Shown: positions 24,116-37,790 of the stretch, piece after piece
Layout of the letters: each line of letters starts with the position of its first letter
How positions within the stretch are numbered: the first letter of the stretch is position 1
NCBI RefSeq assembly: GCF_006345805.1
Contig: NC_042997.1
Coordinates: 7,564,001-7,628,000 of the forward strand
Direction of reading: 5' to 3'
Length of the DNA stretch: 64,000 nucleotides
Source of the DNA: Octopus sinensis
Taxonomy: Eukaryota
Made by a program: the position numbers and the translations under genes
The notes under the pieces: model-generated
The model's input: only the letters and a program-made list of their open reading frames with translations
Database searches by the model: none
What the model was told of the DNA's origin: nothing

Positions 24116-24118
<3 letters not shown>
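23600..24118. repeat. Interspersed non-coding repeat with an internal tandem duplication of about 40 bp
   Basis: TTATCATTATT.TTTTTACGTATTTT.GTATTCTTATTCGT occurs twice at 23795-23878. Its end TCTTGTCCCAGTTTGTGTTTTTTTTAC is directly repeated at about 23346-23375. I recognise it as an abundant octopus repeat; class unknown. Confidence 0.5.
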
Positions 24119-24162
<44 letters not shown>

Positions 24163-25189
24163 TCACAAATAAATACAACACATTCGAGGCGGTGCTTGTA
24201 GCAGAAAAGAAGGAAATCAAGCGCGCGGCGTATCTCTTCTTGCTCCTGTTTTCCTCTCTTTCTCAAACGAATCTTCATGTATCTACTGAATTAACAATCA
24301 CATCAGGGAACCGAACCATTCTTTGCCTCAACAATATCCAATTGTTAAAATATTTTACCTTCGTTTGCACTGTCAATTTCATCTGTACAATCGGAGCTTC
24401 ACTTTGAATATCTTTAAATATTTATGATTATTTATATAATAGAATTTTCTGTTGGTAAATGCTAAATTTCTGAACATATGAATATTTTGTTTTTGCATGT
24501 CATTTTATCTCAGTGAATGAATTGTGAATTCAAACGAAATGTTATAAAGTCTGAACAGGGAATTATTTCTATAACGAATACTTAGTTTCTCAATATTCAT
24601 GATACGGTCAGGAAAGAAGTATTGTTCCATTATTTATATATAATATATATGTGATATATTGTGCTTCCCTTTATTATTAAGCTAATTACCATTGGTACAC
24701 AATTTTCGATTTATAACTGTGTAAAATGTGTCACTACTCACTTTTTGTTAACTATTCTCTATTGCCATGTTCTTTCAGAAATTTTTGCCCTTTTTTTTTA
24801 TAGAAGTGTCTTTACTAACCAGCGGAAATAGAAGGAAACCGTCATTATGTATGTCAGTGTAGGGCATTAAATGTTCGCTATCTGTGCGATTCATTCTGTT
24901 TTCTATATCCTTTTATCACTTACTGATGCCTTCGCAATAAACTGTTAATAATAAACTGCCTGATTGAATGAATTCGTGTTGAAAACAGTGGAAGTAATTA
25001 AGTTTGATGCATGGCTGTTTCAAAATTATGAAAAACCGCATGGAAAGAAACGAACTCAAAGTTAAAAGGCTGTGTCTGCATGCCTCGATATTTAATTTAT
25101 GACTTTATGATGGTTTACACGACACCATAACCAATAAACACTGGTATTCGTAGGTAGGAGTTTAATAAGTGAATATATAACAAATTCCA

Positions 25190-25404
25190 GAAATGTTAGC
25201 ACGCCGGGCGAAATGCGTAGCCGTAATTCGTCTGCCGTTACATTCTGAGTTCAAATTACGCCGAGGTCGACTTTGCCTTTCATCCTTTCGGGGTCGATAA
25301 ATTAAGTACCAGTTACGCACTGCGGTCGATGTATTCGACTTAATCCCTTTGCCTGTCCTTGTTTGTCCCCTCTATATTTAGCCCCTTGTGGGCAATAAAT
25401 AAAT
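25190..25404 (+). mobile_element. 5'-truncated tRNA-derived SINE with a 17 bp target-site duplication
   Basis: B-box-like GAGTTCAAATT and core TTTGCCTTTCATCCTTTCGGGGTCGATAAATTAAGTACCAGTT. ATATATAACAAATTCCA flanks both sides (25173-25189 and 25405-25421). Confidence 0.85.
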
Positions 25405-26205
25405 ATATATAACAAATTCCAAGCTAGGCGTGTAAATAGTAACAAATTGGAGGAATAAACGATTTAATGTGAAATTATTTGCACTTCAAAACAAAAATTT
25501 ATACAATCAAATTAATTTTGTGGTAATGTAATTTTAAGAAACTGAATATATTTAGTGATATAGTAGAATCCGAGAAACACACTGAGTGCCTGCATTGCTA
25601 AATACTGCATCAGTAGTTTAAAATAATGGAAAAATTATTTTACTGCAACAAAGAAAATACAATCAGCTTTAACGAGGGATCTATTCACCGTGTTCGTATA
25701 ATTGTGTATCCGTCTTGCTACGTAGAGATATTTGTCAATTTATCCAACAAAATGCATCTCTTTTAGAACTGACCGCTGTGTATCATTTATTCTTTTCTGA
25801 AAGTATTAATTTCATATAAGTTTCTGTGATGCTTACTGTCAACACAGCTTCTCACTTAAATCTTACGAAGATGCTTTGCTTTAATATGCAACTTTGAAAT
25901 TCTCCATTACAGTGCTTTATGTTATCTAATGAGATCAATACATCGTTCTTTAAATTACTACTTGGCATTAAATATCTTTTACTTTGCGTATGATTCTAAT
26001 AGACTTTAAATTCTATAAGCACTTGACTCTTTTTCATTAACACATTTTTACATCCTACCGTCTTCCTCCAATTTGTGGTTTCTTGACATAAATGATTTAC
26101 AATCAGTGGTGCACTTCAGGCTGCTGGAGAAATCATGTTATCTCAGATTTCGTTCACATTTCAAATGAGACTGGATGAAAAACTGATAAGGAAATATAAT
26201 AAACA

Positions 26206-26322
<117 letters not shown>

Positions 26323-27020
26323 TCTCCGACATAAATATGTGTGCATAAATATAATCAGGATTATTTACACATCCGCACATATAAGCTTGACTATTATATG
26401 TAGATATATAGATACGCTACATGTGCTAACTGTTTAATTTTACTTATTAAGTAAAAGCATGAACATAGAATTATCTACATAGAAGCATTAGCTGTCGCAT
26501 CGCAATTCAGGAGTAAATCTCCAAGAAATTCCTGTAAGCAGTAATAGATTTAAAAGCGTACGTTTTATTATGTTGTAAATTAGATACACGCTGTTGTTTA
26601 CTTTTGAAATGGTTGTATTTTAAATAGATAAACAAATCTATAAGCTCTATTCAAATATTAGACATGCATATGTTTTTTGAGATATTGACTATGAAATCCA
26701 ATGGGGATGAGAGATTAAAGATAATATTCATTCGTAGACACACACAGGCAAATACATACACATGCATATGGTGTTATAGAGTGTAAGATGGAAACAAATT
26801 AGGTGAATGAGAGGCAGAATAACTAAATAACGACAGAGAGAAGCGGATGAATAAACCACACATTGTATGTTTATATGTGTAGGCTTGTGTCTAAATATGT
26901 CTGTGCGTGTGGATACCCTTATTTACGTAAATGTATATAAATGTATATCTATGCTGAAATATATACAACCATTGATAGAGAGACATATATACAATTGTTT
27001 ATAGGTACACACATACACAC

Positions 27021-27060
<40 letters not shown>

Positions 27061-27498
27061 TTGTATGCGTACTTGAATTTATGTATTCGTGCATAAACAT
27101 ACGTAGTACTTTGCGAGTGCAAGGAATTAAAATGAAAAATAATTGCTCATCATTGTAAGCTGATTATGGAAATATATTCGGATATGTAATCAGATTAGTT
27201 TTAGACATGGTATGAAACAAATTTAAAACAAATGAAGAAGGCAAGAAAAATAAGTCAGATATAAAGAGAAATAAAGTAAATGATAAAGAATAAAGGAATC
27301 AATAGGAATAATATAAAATAATGCAATGAAATATCTTCTGGATTTCATATGTTTGTGAATTATGACTAAGAATATAAATGTATGTAAAATGAAGCACACT
27401 TGTTCAAATATGTACACACACACGCAAACACAAACACACACACTCAGACATAATCACACGCATTCAGACATCTAAATAAATAAATCGTTACATAGAAG

Positions 27499-27536
<38 letters not shown>

Positions 27537-27584
27537 ATTTATATGTATAGATGTATATATATATATATATATATAATATATATA

Positions 27585-27629
<45 letters not shown>

Positions 27630-28281
27630 TTTATTTATGTATGTATGTTTGTATCATGTATGGACGGATAGATGGATGTATGCATGCTTGTATTCATGTG
27701 TGTATATACTACTCGGAAAATAAAGAGGCGACTGCGAAAATGTATCAGCACAAACACTGCCATCAGTAAACCCGGAAAATGCAGAAAGTATTAACTTATA
27801 AATTTTCATTGATTGCTCATGACTGATGCACGAAATGACGTTCGTTACAAACAAAATAATATCTGCAAGATAAGAAAAACATAGGGGTGTCCCAAAGGAA
27901 AGAAGTGATTATATAGAGAAATTTAGAAATGCCTAACGAAAATTATATTATCCGATTAGGGAATCATCTGATATTTATTTCCATAATACTGGAACTAGCG
28001 GGAAAGATTCTTTGCATGGAATCTCATCCACTGTGATCGGCTAACGTATATTTTAGTCTGTGCTTAAAATTACGAAGGGGTTTGCTTCAGTACTCAACTT
28101 TGGTAAATTAAAAGTTAGAAGTGAAATATGTTGACTGGGATGTAATGTAAGGAGTGAAGTAATCAAAGATGAATGTAAAACAATCTCCATTAATTTGGAA
28201 AAAGGAGTAATAAAAATATGTAGTTATAATTCTAAGCGATGTCAAATTGATCATTATTGTGAGATAAGCTTAAGATAGTGA

Positions 28282-28490
28282 GCTGGCAGAATTATTAGCA
28301 CACCGGGCAAAACGCCTAGAAGCATTTCGTCCGTCCTTACGTTCAGTGTTTATATTCATCAAGGTGCACTTTGACATTTATCTTTTCGGGGTCGGTAAAA
28401 TAAATACTATCTGGACACAGGGGTTGAATTGATTGTCATATCCCCTCCTCCGAAATTACTGGCTTTGTACCAAAATTTGAAATGCTTATT
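28282..28490 (+). mobile_element. SINE, same family as 25190-25404
   Basis: GAGCTGGCAGAA..TTAGCACACCGGGCAAAA head and CTTTTCGGGGTCGGTAAAATAAATACT core. Confidence 0.75.
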
Positions 28491-28499
28491 AGGAAGAAA

Positions 28500-29100
28500 A
28501 TTGACTGTTAGGATCCAGATACATATTTGGAAACGCATCCAATGGAATATAAGAGAGACTACGAAAATGTAGCAAGGCTTGTCCATTGGACACTGTAATA
28601 AGTATGGACTTGACAGAGTAAAATTTGGTGCGACCACAATCCCGGAAATGATAATGCAAAGATGCTGTCGGATTTTATGATTAAGTGCGACCATGAGAGA
28701 GAATAGGAAGTAAGGCATAGTGTCAAATGAGAAACAGAGCAAACTGTATTGGATTATAGATATGGCAAGCCCAGCTGACAACAAGGTATGCAATAAGGAA
28801 GAAAGAAATTCAATAGATATGACAAGTTAGCTTGGGAAGTAAAGCAGTTTCTGTCGATGAAAAAGTTGGTAGTGGACACAATAAATGTCGGAGCCTTGAG
28901 AACAGTAAATAAAATCCTTGAAAAGTGCATGGAACAAATAGGGGCTGCAATAAGGGTGGCGCACTTGCAGAAAACAAATTGCTTGGAACCGATCGAATAC
29001 ACAGGAAGGTGCTCGAAAAATAAGAGGTGTTAACTTAGTTCACTGGTAGTGAACAGCTGACACCATAGTACATCTCCAGCGTTAGAAGCTGTGCAAAGAC
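28500..29100 (+). mobile_element. 3' end of R4/Dong-like LINE, subfamily B, followed by (GAT)n
   Basis: High similarity to 2234-2628, including the 3' UTR AAAATAAGAGGTGTTA..TAGTTCACTGGTAGTGAAC.GCTGACAC..TAGTACATCTCCAG.GTTAGAA.CTGTGCAAAG. Confidence 0.9.
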
Positions 29101-29152
29101 AGTGATGATAATGATGATGATGATGATGATGATGATGTTGATGATGATGATA

Positions 29153-29907
29153 GTATGACTTGAGCAAGATGATTTAAAGGGTACCACTGAGAAAGCCTGA
29201 TCATTACTGCACAAGACCAGGCCCCGCTATGATACTTCAGTGAAGTATCATATTTATAACTACTGACACCCAGAAATGAGGTCTCTATAGAAAGAATGTA
29301 GGAAATGTGTCCTACTTGGTAAGTAGATATGAGAGCCTTGCACAAAAAGAATACAAGCGCCACCACGATAAAATGTGTGTGTGTCTTCATTGGATCTTTT
29401 GCCATAAATACCAATATGAAGTAACAGAGAACTCCTATGAGCATTACCAAGTAAAGATGGTAAAGTAACGGTACTCTGCGACTATGATTTTCAGCCGGAT
29501 CGTGTAATCGAACACCGTCGGCCGGATATTGACATATTGAATAAGAGAGATATATAGTGTCAGATCATTGATGTAACCATACCAAATGACATGAATGCTG
29601 TGAGTAAAGAGTGAAAAATCGCCAAGTATTCCAAAGTGTAAGTGGAAATGGCAAGACTGTATGGAATGTGAGAGAGTAATGTGAAAGTGATACGAGTTGT
29701 GACCGGAGCTTTAGGCTCAATACCATTGAAATTTTAAAACTTATTAAGGCAACTGGAAATCCCGTGCAAAATTGATGTCTCGCAAAAAGCGACCTTATTG
29801 TGTACAGCGCGCATCTTAAGGAATGTATTTTCTGTCTAAGTATCTTGTTGTGACATGACAGGTGACTAAAGACTTTGATGCATTTTTACCTACACTGTGT
29901 TACGTAG

Positions 29908-29908
<1 letters not shown>
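29153..29908 (+). mobile_element. 3' end of R4/Dong-like LINE, subfamily A, with RLE motif and long (AAT)n tail (29909-30081)
   Basis: Matches 1627-2081 (GCACAAGACCAGG, YKRHHD, 3' UTR TCTTGTTG.GAC..GACAG.TGACTAAAGACT). Retains the HRRPDI..IIDV.IP RLE segment that is missing from the copy at 1-2081. Confidence 0.85.
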
Positions 29909-29961
<53 letters not shown>

Positions 29962-30006
29962 TAATGATAATAATAATGATAATAATAATAATAATGATAA
30001 TAATAA

Positions 30007-30081
<75 letters not shown>

Positions 30082-30129
30082 CGAAACTACAAAATTTACC
30101 ACTTAGGTTGAAGGAAAGTATATAAGAGC

Positions 30130-31035
30130 TTCTGGGTAAACAACATTCTTTGTTTCCTGGTCTGGAGCATAAACAAATGAGTCTTGCAAAATCCTGGAGC
30201 AACGAACATAAAGTTGACCATGGGAAAAGCAAACCAGTAGATTTTAGATTTCAAAGACTGACTTTGATCTAAATTAATATACGTTGCAAGGCAAAGTTGA
30301 ACTGGTAATTATGTTCGTTTGAACGCAAATGGCACGTATGTTTGTTTGATTGGAATTATTGGAATGAAAACATTATCCCTAGAGGAACATCCAGTGATGA
30401 TGGTAGCTTCTGTCACGTTAAGTGATAATGTCTTCACAATCAACCTTGCCCCATTTAGAAGGATCTAAATTTCTTAGAAGCATCATTGGGACTCCTAACT
30501 TCAGAAGGATTTTATCTGGAGTAATTCCAGGTTGCTCAAAAGAATGAAGGAACTCTGTTGGTTAATGGCAACGTGATTTTCACTAAGGACTGAATCAACT
30601 GATTTGTACTTTTATTTCATCAGATCTTCGTCTCAGAAGGACTGGTAATGATTGTCCGAAGTCTCCTGATAAAACTAATGTAACTCCTCCTATAGATTTA
30701 TTATTGCCTCTGATGTCCTGAAAGGTGTTAGTAAGAGCTTCTATTGCACCTCAATGTGACATGGTGCATTTATCCCAAATGATAAGGTGGCATTGGGACA
30801 ACGCTTCTGCTGAACCTGAATCTTTGCATATGTTACAGATTGGACTGTCAAGTGTGAGCAGGTATAGTGGTAATTTAAAAGGAGAATGAACTGTTTGTCC
30901 TACTGGGAAAATGGGGGCAACAAAGCCAGTCAGTGGTACAGCAACTGCAATTCATTTTTGTTGCCTTACCTCGGAGAGAAGCAATGTTACAAATGTTTTA
31001 CCTATGCCACCAGGAGCATCAAAAAAGAAAATTTC
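30130..31035 (-). mobile_element. Helitron RepHel PIF1-family helicase relic, internally deleted
   Basis: Minus frames give FDAPGGIGKTF (Walker A), TVHSPFKLPL, LIIWDKCTMSH, GGVTLVLSGDFGQSLPV, EFLHSFEQPG..LLKLGVPMMLLRNLDP, GARLIVK, VFIP.IP and HGQLYV.CSR. Confidence 0.9.
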
Positions 31036-31256
31036 TCTGCTTTGGAACGCCGCACGCACACACACATACACAAAGATAATACACTTACAGCATCAAATAT
31101 CAGATGGAATGGACATGTGTGTGTATTTGTGTGCGTGAAAGAGAGAGCGAGTGAAGGCGTATGTTGTCATGTATACGTATATAAATTAATAAGCATACAT
31201 CTTTCTTGTATGTATGTGCGCGTCTGTGAGAGAGAGAGAGAGAGTGAGACTTAGGC

Positions 31257-31296
<40 letters not shown>

Positions 31297-32609
31297 AATA
31301 TACATACAAAACAGATGTATGAATATGTATTTATGTATGTAGGTATACATGACAACACACCCTTTCACTCACTCAAACACTCACAGATACACACTCACAT
31401 ACATACATGTATACAAACATTCATACAAAAACACACGTTTGCGTGTGTGACTGGCTACACATACATAGAACTGAACACGGCGGGAAAAAGAAAATACATA
31501 AAAATCTTTACGGAAATTAACGAAGTGTGAGAGTTCAAGCAAAATAATGCCCATATATTTTGGTCACCCCATGTTCAATTGCAGAATTTTAACGTGATAT
31601 TTCTGTAATAAAGAAATCAAACCTGGAGTGAGAGAGAGAGATTGAGAGAGATAGAAGTAGAGGGAGAGAGAAAGAAAACATTGAATGAGATAGACATAGA
31701 ATGAAAATATCGTATAAATAAAAGCACGTTAAAAACTATCTTGCACTGAATATTTATATTTGTGAAGTTAGTAAATATTTCTCCCAGTAATTTATCGTAG
31801 TTGTTTACAAATAGCGAATTAAAACTTGAAATGAAAGTATTATATTTAGATAGGGACAGACGTTGCTGTTTTTAGGTCAAAACCGGAAGTTGACATTGAG
31901 AAATGTTTTCAAAGAAGTGAACCATAATTTTTCAAAAGAAATTTTTGCTAAAAAAAGTCTGATGAGGAGCCTATGTTTTGTCCGAGGTGTAATTATTTAT
32001 GTATCACAAGTGTGGAAGCAATTGGTGAAACCGTTTTCCCGTGACATATATTATATATTATTAGATGAGGAAGAAAACTCAGACCGTGCTGATAAGGGCT
32101 TATTAAAGAAAGTCTGCCCTTGCTCTAAGGCTTGAAAGGTAAATTTTTCTGGAGGCTTCAAGATTAATTTTCAGTATGTGATTCTAAATTTCATCAATTA
32201 TTGCAGTAAGCGAAAATTGTAATAATGTTTTGATATTTCTCAAGCTACGTACAAAATACAAAATTATTGAAAATTAAGATGATGTCTGAATTCCGTTCAA
32301 AAATGTTACATATTTGAAATAACACCACGCTTCAAAGTAATAATGATATTTCGTTCATGTAATTATCTACATTATTGAATCGTAATATTCCAGTTATCAT
32401 AACTCAACGGAGCTAGCTTATATTCTCGAAGAGTGTCAATGACATTCTAGAACTTCATTTCATCATAGAAAAATGCAATAATCACCCGACATACATAGTC
32501 AGATTTTTATGCTTTTCATATGTATGTGTGTATGTATGTATGTGTGCATGTATGTATAGATTGATTGCTGGATGAATGGATGGGTGTATGTATATGCTTA
32601 TATATGTCG

Positions 32610-32644
<35 letters not shown>

Positions 32645-32654
32645 TGTATGTATG

Positions 32655-32760
<106 letters not shown>

Positions 32761-33844
32761 GTATGTATGTATGTATGTATTGCATATGTATATATTTATA
32801 TGCATGTGAAAAATACATACATACATATATACGTAAGAGGGATTGTATGCAGCTTTGTGTATTAAAGTATGCAAAAACTAAATCAAATAATGGATATTAA
32901 GATTCAGCAAGGTTAAACATTTACGGATGAAATTTCAAACGATCATTCTCATTGTGTATTCCGACGCGATAATATACTTGCTATCCTGAAAGGAATGACA
33001 GCTTTTCTTAAAGAATCCCACCTATACAATTCAGGTAGAAATGCATTGTATATTTTATATCCCATGTCGAGTTGACATGAGATTACTTCACAGAATGTGT
33101 ATACGTAAGACAGATCGTTGCAAAGGTGAAATATATTTGAAAAGCTTTGGAAATGTTACATAGAAAGAAAGACCTTGTATATACCTTGCCAACAAGTTCT
33201 AGAAAAACTTGACAGATCGATCAATATACCTGTTATAGATATCATATCAGCATATTTGAAATATACAACACTCAGGTCAAATAATTTCTCTTAGAGTGAT
33301 TTCGCACTCCTCCCAAATGCACTGGTACTCATCCATTTCCATATTGTATTTAATAAAGTTATTCAGAAAACCATGATATCCCCAAATATAATTTCCAGAT
33401 AAATATAACATTAGTAAGATTATATGTAATCTACGACTACTCAAACACGGTAACGTTCTAGCAGCCAAGCAATGACTGGATAAAAGTGATAAACACTTAG
33501 TGGATGTATATATATATGTGAATATTCATATAAGGGTTACTGTTTCAAATTTGTTATAAATATACACTACACATACAATCTATAAGTGGAACAGTGCAAA
33601 TTTGCAAGAATATTTTCTATTAAGAAATATGATATTTATATTGTTATCTGCATTCGAAAGATGAAGCCTTGTTTCTCCTAAAATCCAGAGCTTTCCCCAG
33701 AGGAATTATATAATTAAAAGCGAAACAGAGCACGTGCGTACATGCAATAATCATACTTTTGTGTATGTATGTATATATGTATGTATGTATGTATTATGTA
33801 TGTATGTATGTATGTATGTATGTAGTATGTATGTATATATATAT

Positions 33845-33951
<107 letters not shown>

Positions 33952-34101
33952 CGTTTGGATGTGATTTACAGGTATTATATATTAGAAGAAATAAGGTACT
34001 CAGAAATCTGGAAGGTGTTATATTTACAGATTTTTATTAATATGTCACATGTTTTTATAAATCATATATTACCCGTTGCATCAAACCCTAGTAGACTCTT
34101 G

Positions 34102-34177
<76 letters not shown>

Positions 34178-34496
34178 TTATATATACATATATATATTTA
34201 TATATATATATGTGTGTGGGTGGAGTGAGTGTGTATGTGTATGTATGTTTGTGTGTGTGCGTGTGTATGTGTCTGCGTTTGTCAGCGTGTGTATGTGTGA
34301 GTATGTGTCGACTGGATGTGACTTGAACATTTCGTTCTTTTGGTGTTCGTCAATCTGGGAATGTAGCTCAAGACGAAATTCAGAAAACACACAAAATCTC
34401 AATGAATGTTTAATGAATTATATTAATCCGATAAACTTTTTTTAATAATCCTTCGTTTCAGTGTTAATGTTTAATTGATTGCACGTGTAACTAGAC

Positions 34497-34551
<55 letters not shown>

Positions 34552-35021
34552 AGAGAGAGAGAGAGAATGAGAGAGAGAGAGCAAGAGAGAGAGAGAGAGA
34601 GCAAGAGAGAGAGAGCAAGAGAGAGAGAGAGAGAGAGTAAGATAGCTAAATTTTCAAAAGTATCTAATAGGGATATGTTATTTCAGCGGTTATTTTGTTT
34701 GCTTTTACTGTTTTACAATGTTTGCTAAAGTCAGCGTATGTAGTTGAACAACACTAAGTTGATTTTACTATACTCGGTAAACCCACATTTTGGTAAATTC
34801 GATTGAATCATGAGAAGTTTCGAATAAAAGTGTTTTATTAATATGCTGGTCCCCAAGCATATACTCTACCATATTCTTATTGCAAGTAGTTCAATTATAT
34901 AAGAACTCATCCAATGCGTCAGGGAATATTTTCGATAAATATACTGATTAACTGTAGGAGTAATTTGATAAAGCAAATATAATTTAAATTATATATGTAT
35001 GTGTGTATATATAGATACATA

Positions 35022-35081
<60 letters not shown>

Positions 35082-35082
35082 G

Positions 35083-35127
<45 letters not shown>

Positions 35128-35986
35128 GAATGTATATATATATATATGTGTGTATAAATATATGTATATGCATGAATGTATGTATATATATAGAGAGAAG
35201 TAGATAGGTACACAGATAGACAGATATACAGATAAATGAATAAATAGATAGACAAATCATAGACCGATAGGTAGATAAAGAAATAGATATATATAGAGAG
35301 ATACGTATGTAATTATGTAGTGACAGAGGGATAACTGCATTTATCAGTATGAGTTAACTTGCAGTTTTAGGAATCTAATCATTATGCAAATCGTTTGTTG
35401 TTTTTTTTGAATATTTTCCATTCTTCTCTAGAGTATTTCCGAATAAAAATAATCAAGCAATATGTAATGTTCCTACTTCAATTCTTATTTGTGAACAAAA
35501 TTTCTCTCTTCTCTACTCTGATATTGGAATTTATATAGTATTCATATGATGTGAAAGACACAGATCTTTCACCAAAACTCAAGTTTTGATATGAACTAGA
35601 CATTTGTAAAAAAACATATTTTTTTATATAGAAGTTAAAAAATATAGTAAGCAATAGAAAACTGCCAGAATGTTAATTCACAAGCGTCGATCTATTAGAG
35701 TATAGATGGAAAAATCAGTTTAATGGAAAGAAAAACTGCGCTCACATATTGAGATGATGCTTCTGAACCCATATACCGCGTGCACATGGGCGGTACTTGT
35801 GAAGGCAGTTAGCAGATTTAGGATTCCTACATGGATGAACTGTTACTAACTGTATTTCAGATGTGTTAATTGCAAAGTAACATGTCATGTATCCGCTATA
35901 GCTCTATACTACATTTAAGTATGCCTCATACGTACATATGCGGACCTACGTAAGTGGGTATCAGGGTATCATTGTAAGAATGCATG

Positions 35987-36042
<56 letters not shown>

Positions 36043-36783
36043 AAGTGAAATAGGTGTTATGAGTGTAACCCACTATGGGATATCACTTATCCAATATACT
36101 TCCAGTGAGGTACCCAAAAGCCTATTACAAAAATGCTTACATTTTCAATGCAATTAGTTCATTTATTGTATTATATGGGCGAAGGTAAAATGTTTTACCT
36201 AAAATTCATAACACAAAATAAGAAAATGGAGGAATAGATTCCTTATAGTCATCAACTTACAGATAATACCAATTCATATAATTTATTAACCAATCAAATA
36301 GGAACATCCAAATCCAACAGAGTAAAACAGAATAAAACAATATACATCCATAAGTAAGATAATACCATAAACATAATACTTATGCGATGGATCTTACAGC
36401 TGTTTCAGCCTGTAGATAAGGGTATCTCATTATGCCTATATTAGTCAGATGTATGGAGATAATATGCAGTTAAAAATGAGCTATATATATATATCTCAAG
36501 GCCTCGTCAGAGATTATAAACTACAATTATTAAGATATGAACTGAAGATATAAAATGCAAATATAAATATGAAACAAAGTACACATACATAAAAATATGT
36601 ATATATATATATAAGTGTATATACACATACGTATACATATATATAAGTATATACATAATAATAAGCATACACATAAGGTTACAATTAATCAAATATATAT
36701 ACTGGAGTATACATATATATCCACATCAAAGGGTACATATACAAAGTCCAAAGTTCATTGCATTACATTACCAAAACTATTAA

Positions 36784-36865
<82 letters not shown>

Positions 36866-36951
36866 ACCGATAATGGAATATGTGCATTCTTCTATTCATA
36901 ATACATAGTAGATGGATAATACCACATACAATATAGTATAATAAATTACTG

Positions 36952-37182
36952 CTAGTCGGGGTGCCAGCCAAGGCTATCGAGTCCCAGCTACCCGAAGCAT
37001 CTGGTTTTAAGGCGCCAGTGACTCTGCACTTCTCCTGTCAGTGATAACAGTTTCACCGCGGGAAGGTCAGGAGTTGGACTTGACTGTCAGAGGTTATTTG
37101 AGACACACGCCCTGGGAGCACTTTGTAGGCAGTGGGAGCTTATCCCCGCTACCACTCCCAGTTATGACAGCCTTTGAAACTC
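36952..37182 (-). mobile_element. 5' end of an RTE-clade LINE carrying an HDV-like ribozyme fold
   Basis: The 5' UTR resembles RTE/BovB leaders (GGGGATAAGCTCCCACT, GTCTCAAATAACCTCTGACA, CACTGACAGGAGAAG, GGCGCCTTAAAACCAG). Helices P1, P2 and P3 can be paired by eye (see findings). Confidence 0.7.
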
Positions 37183-37187
37183 GTATG

Positions 37188-37254
<67 letters not shown>

Positions 37255-37256
<2 letters not shown>

Positions 37257-37790
37257 TGACGCCCGTCCAGTCCTGACCGAGGAAGACCATTGCTGACCTT
37301 CAGGATATTGTGCCCTCTAGGACTAACTTATATCTTGCACTTGTCGATGAGCTCTGCTCTTGATAAATATACACGACTGCTTACATTGCAAATGAAGGTT
37401 TTCCCCATCCACTACGCCAGCAGTGCGGTTTCGAGCATTAAATTTAAGTTCTTCATGCAGAATACGTGCTCTTTCAAAGGTGTTGAACCCCTCCTTAACC
37501 AGCTTCCTCCATATGTGGCAATGACAGGCAGTGCTCTTCCAGTCAGTCTCCTCCATATCATAAGCCTTTAATGAGGACGTGAATCAGTCCTTAAATCGCA
37601 GCCTTGTTTCTACTATGGTCTCTTTCCATTTACAAGATCCCCATATAGCATCTGCTAAAGGATCCTGCTATCCTTTCTAATAAGGTTCCCAGTCCAACGT
37701 AACCGGTGCTTGTGCACCATCGCTTCAACACTCAAGATATCAGCTGTCCTCAGGACCTGTGTGTCTGGCGTTTTTAAGTATGAAGGAAAT
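37255..37790 (-). mobile_element. 3' end of an RTE-clade LINE ending in a (TA)n tract
   Basis: Minus frames give PDTQVLRTA..SVEAMV..HRLRWTG..QMLYGDLVNGKRP..RLRFKD and DWKSTACHCHIWRKLVKEG, typical of the RTE C-terminus. Confidence 0.85.

Noticed and set aside
31938-31975. CTGATGA-GGA...TCC as a hammerhead
   Set aside because: It is followed by GAGG, not GAAA, and there are no stems I/III.
33277-33468. Minus ORF containing YQCIWEEC, resembling the start of a Zic/Gli-type zinc finger
   Set aside because: No His ligands follow, a stop comes within 10 codons, and no convincing splice sites were found.
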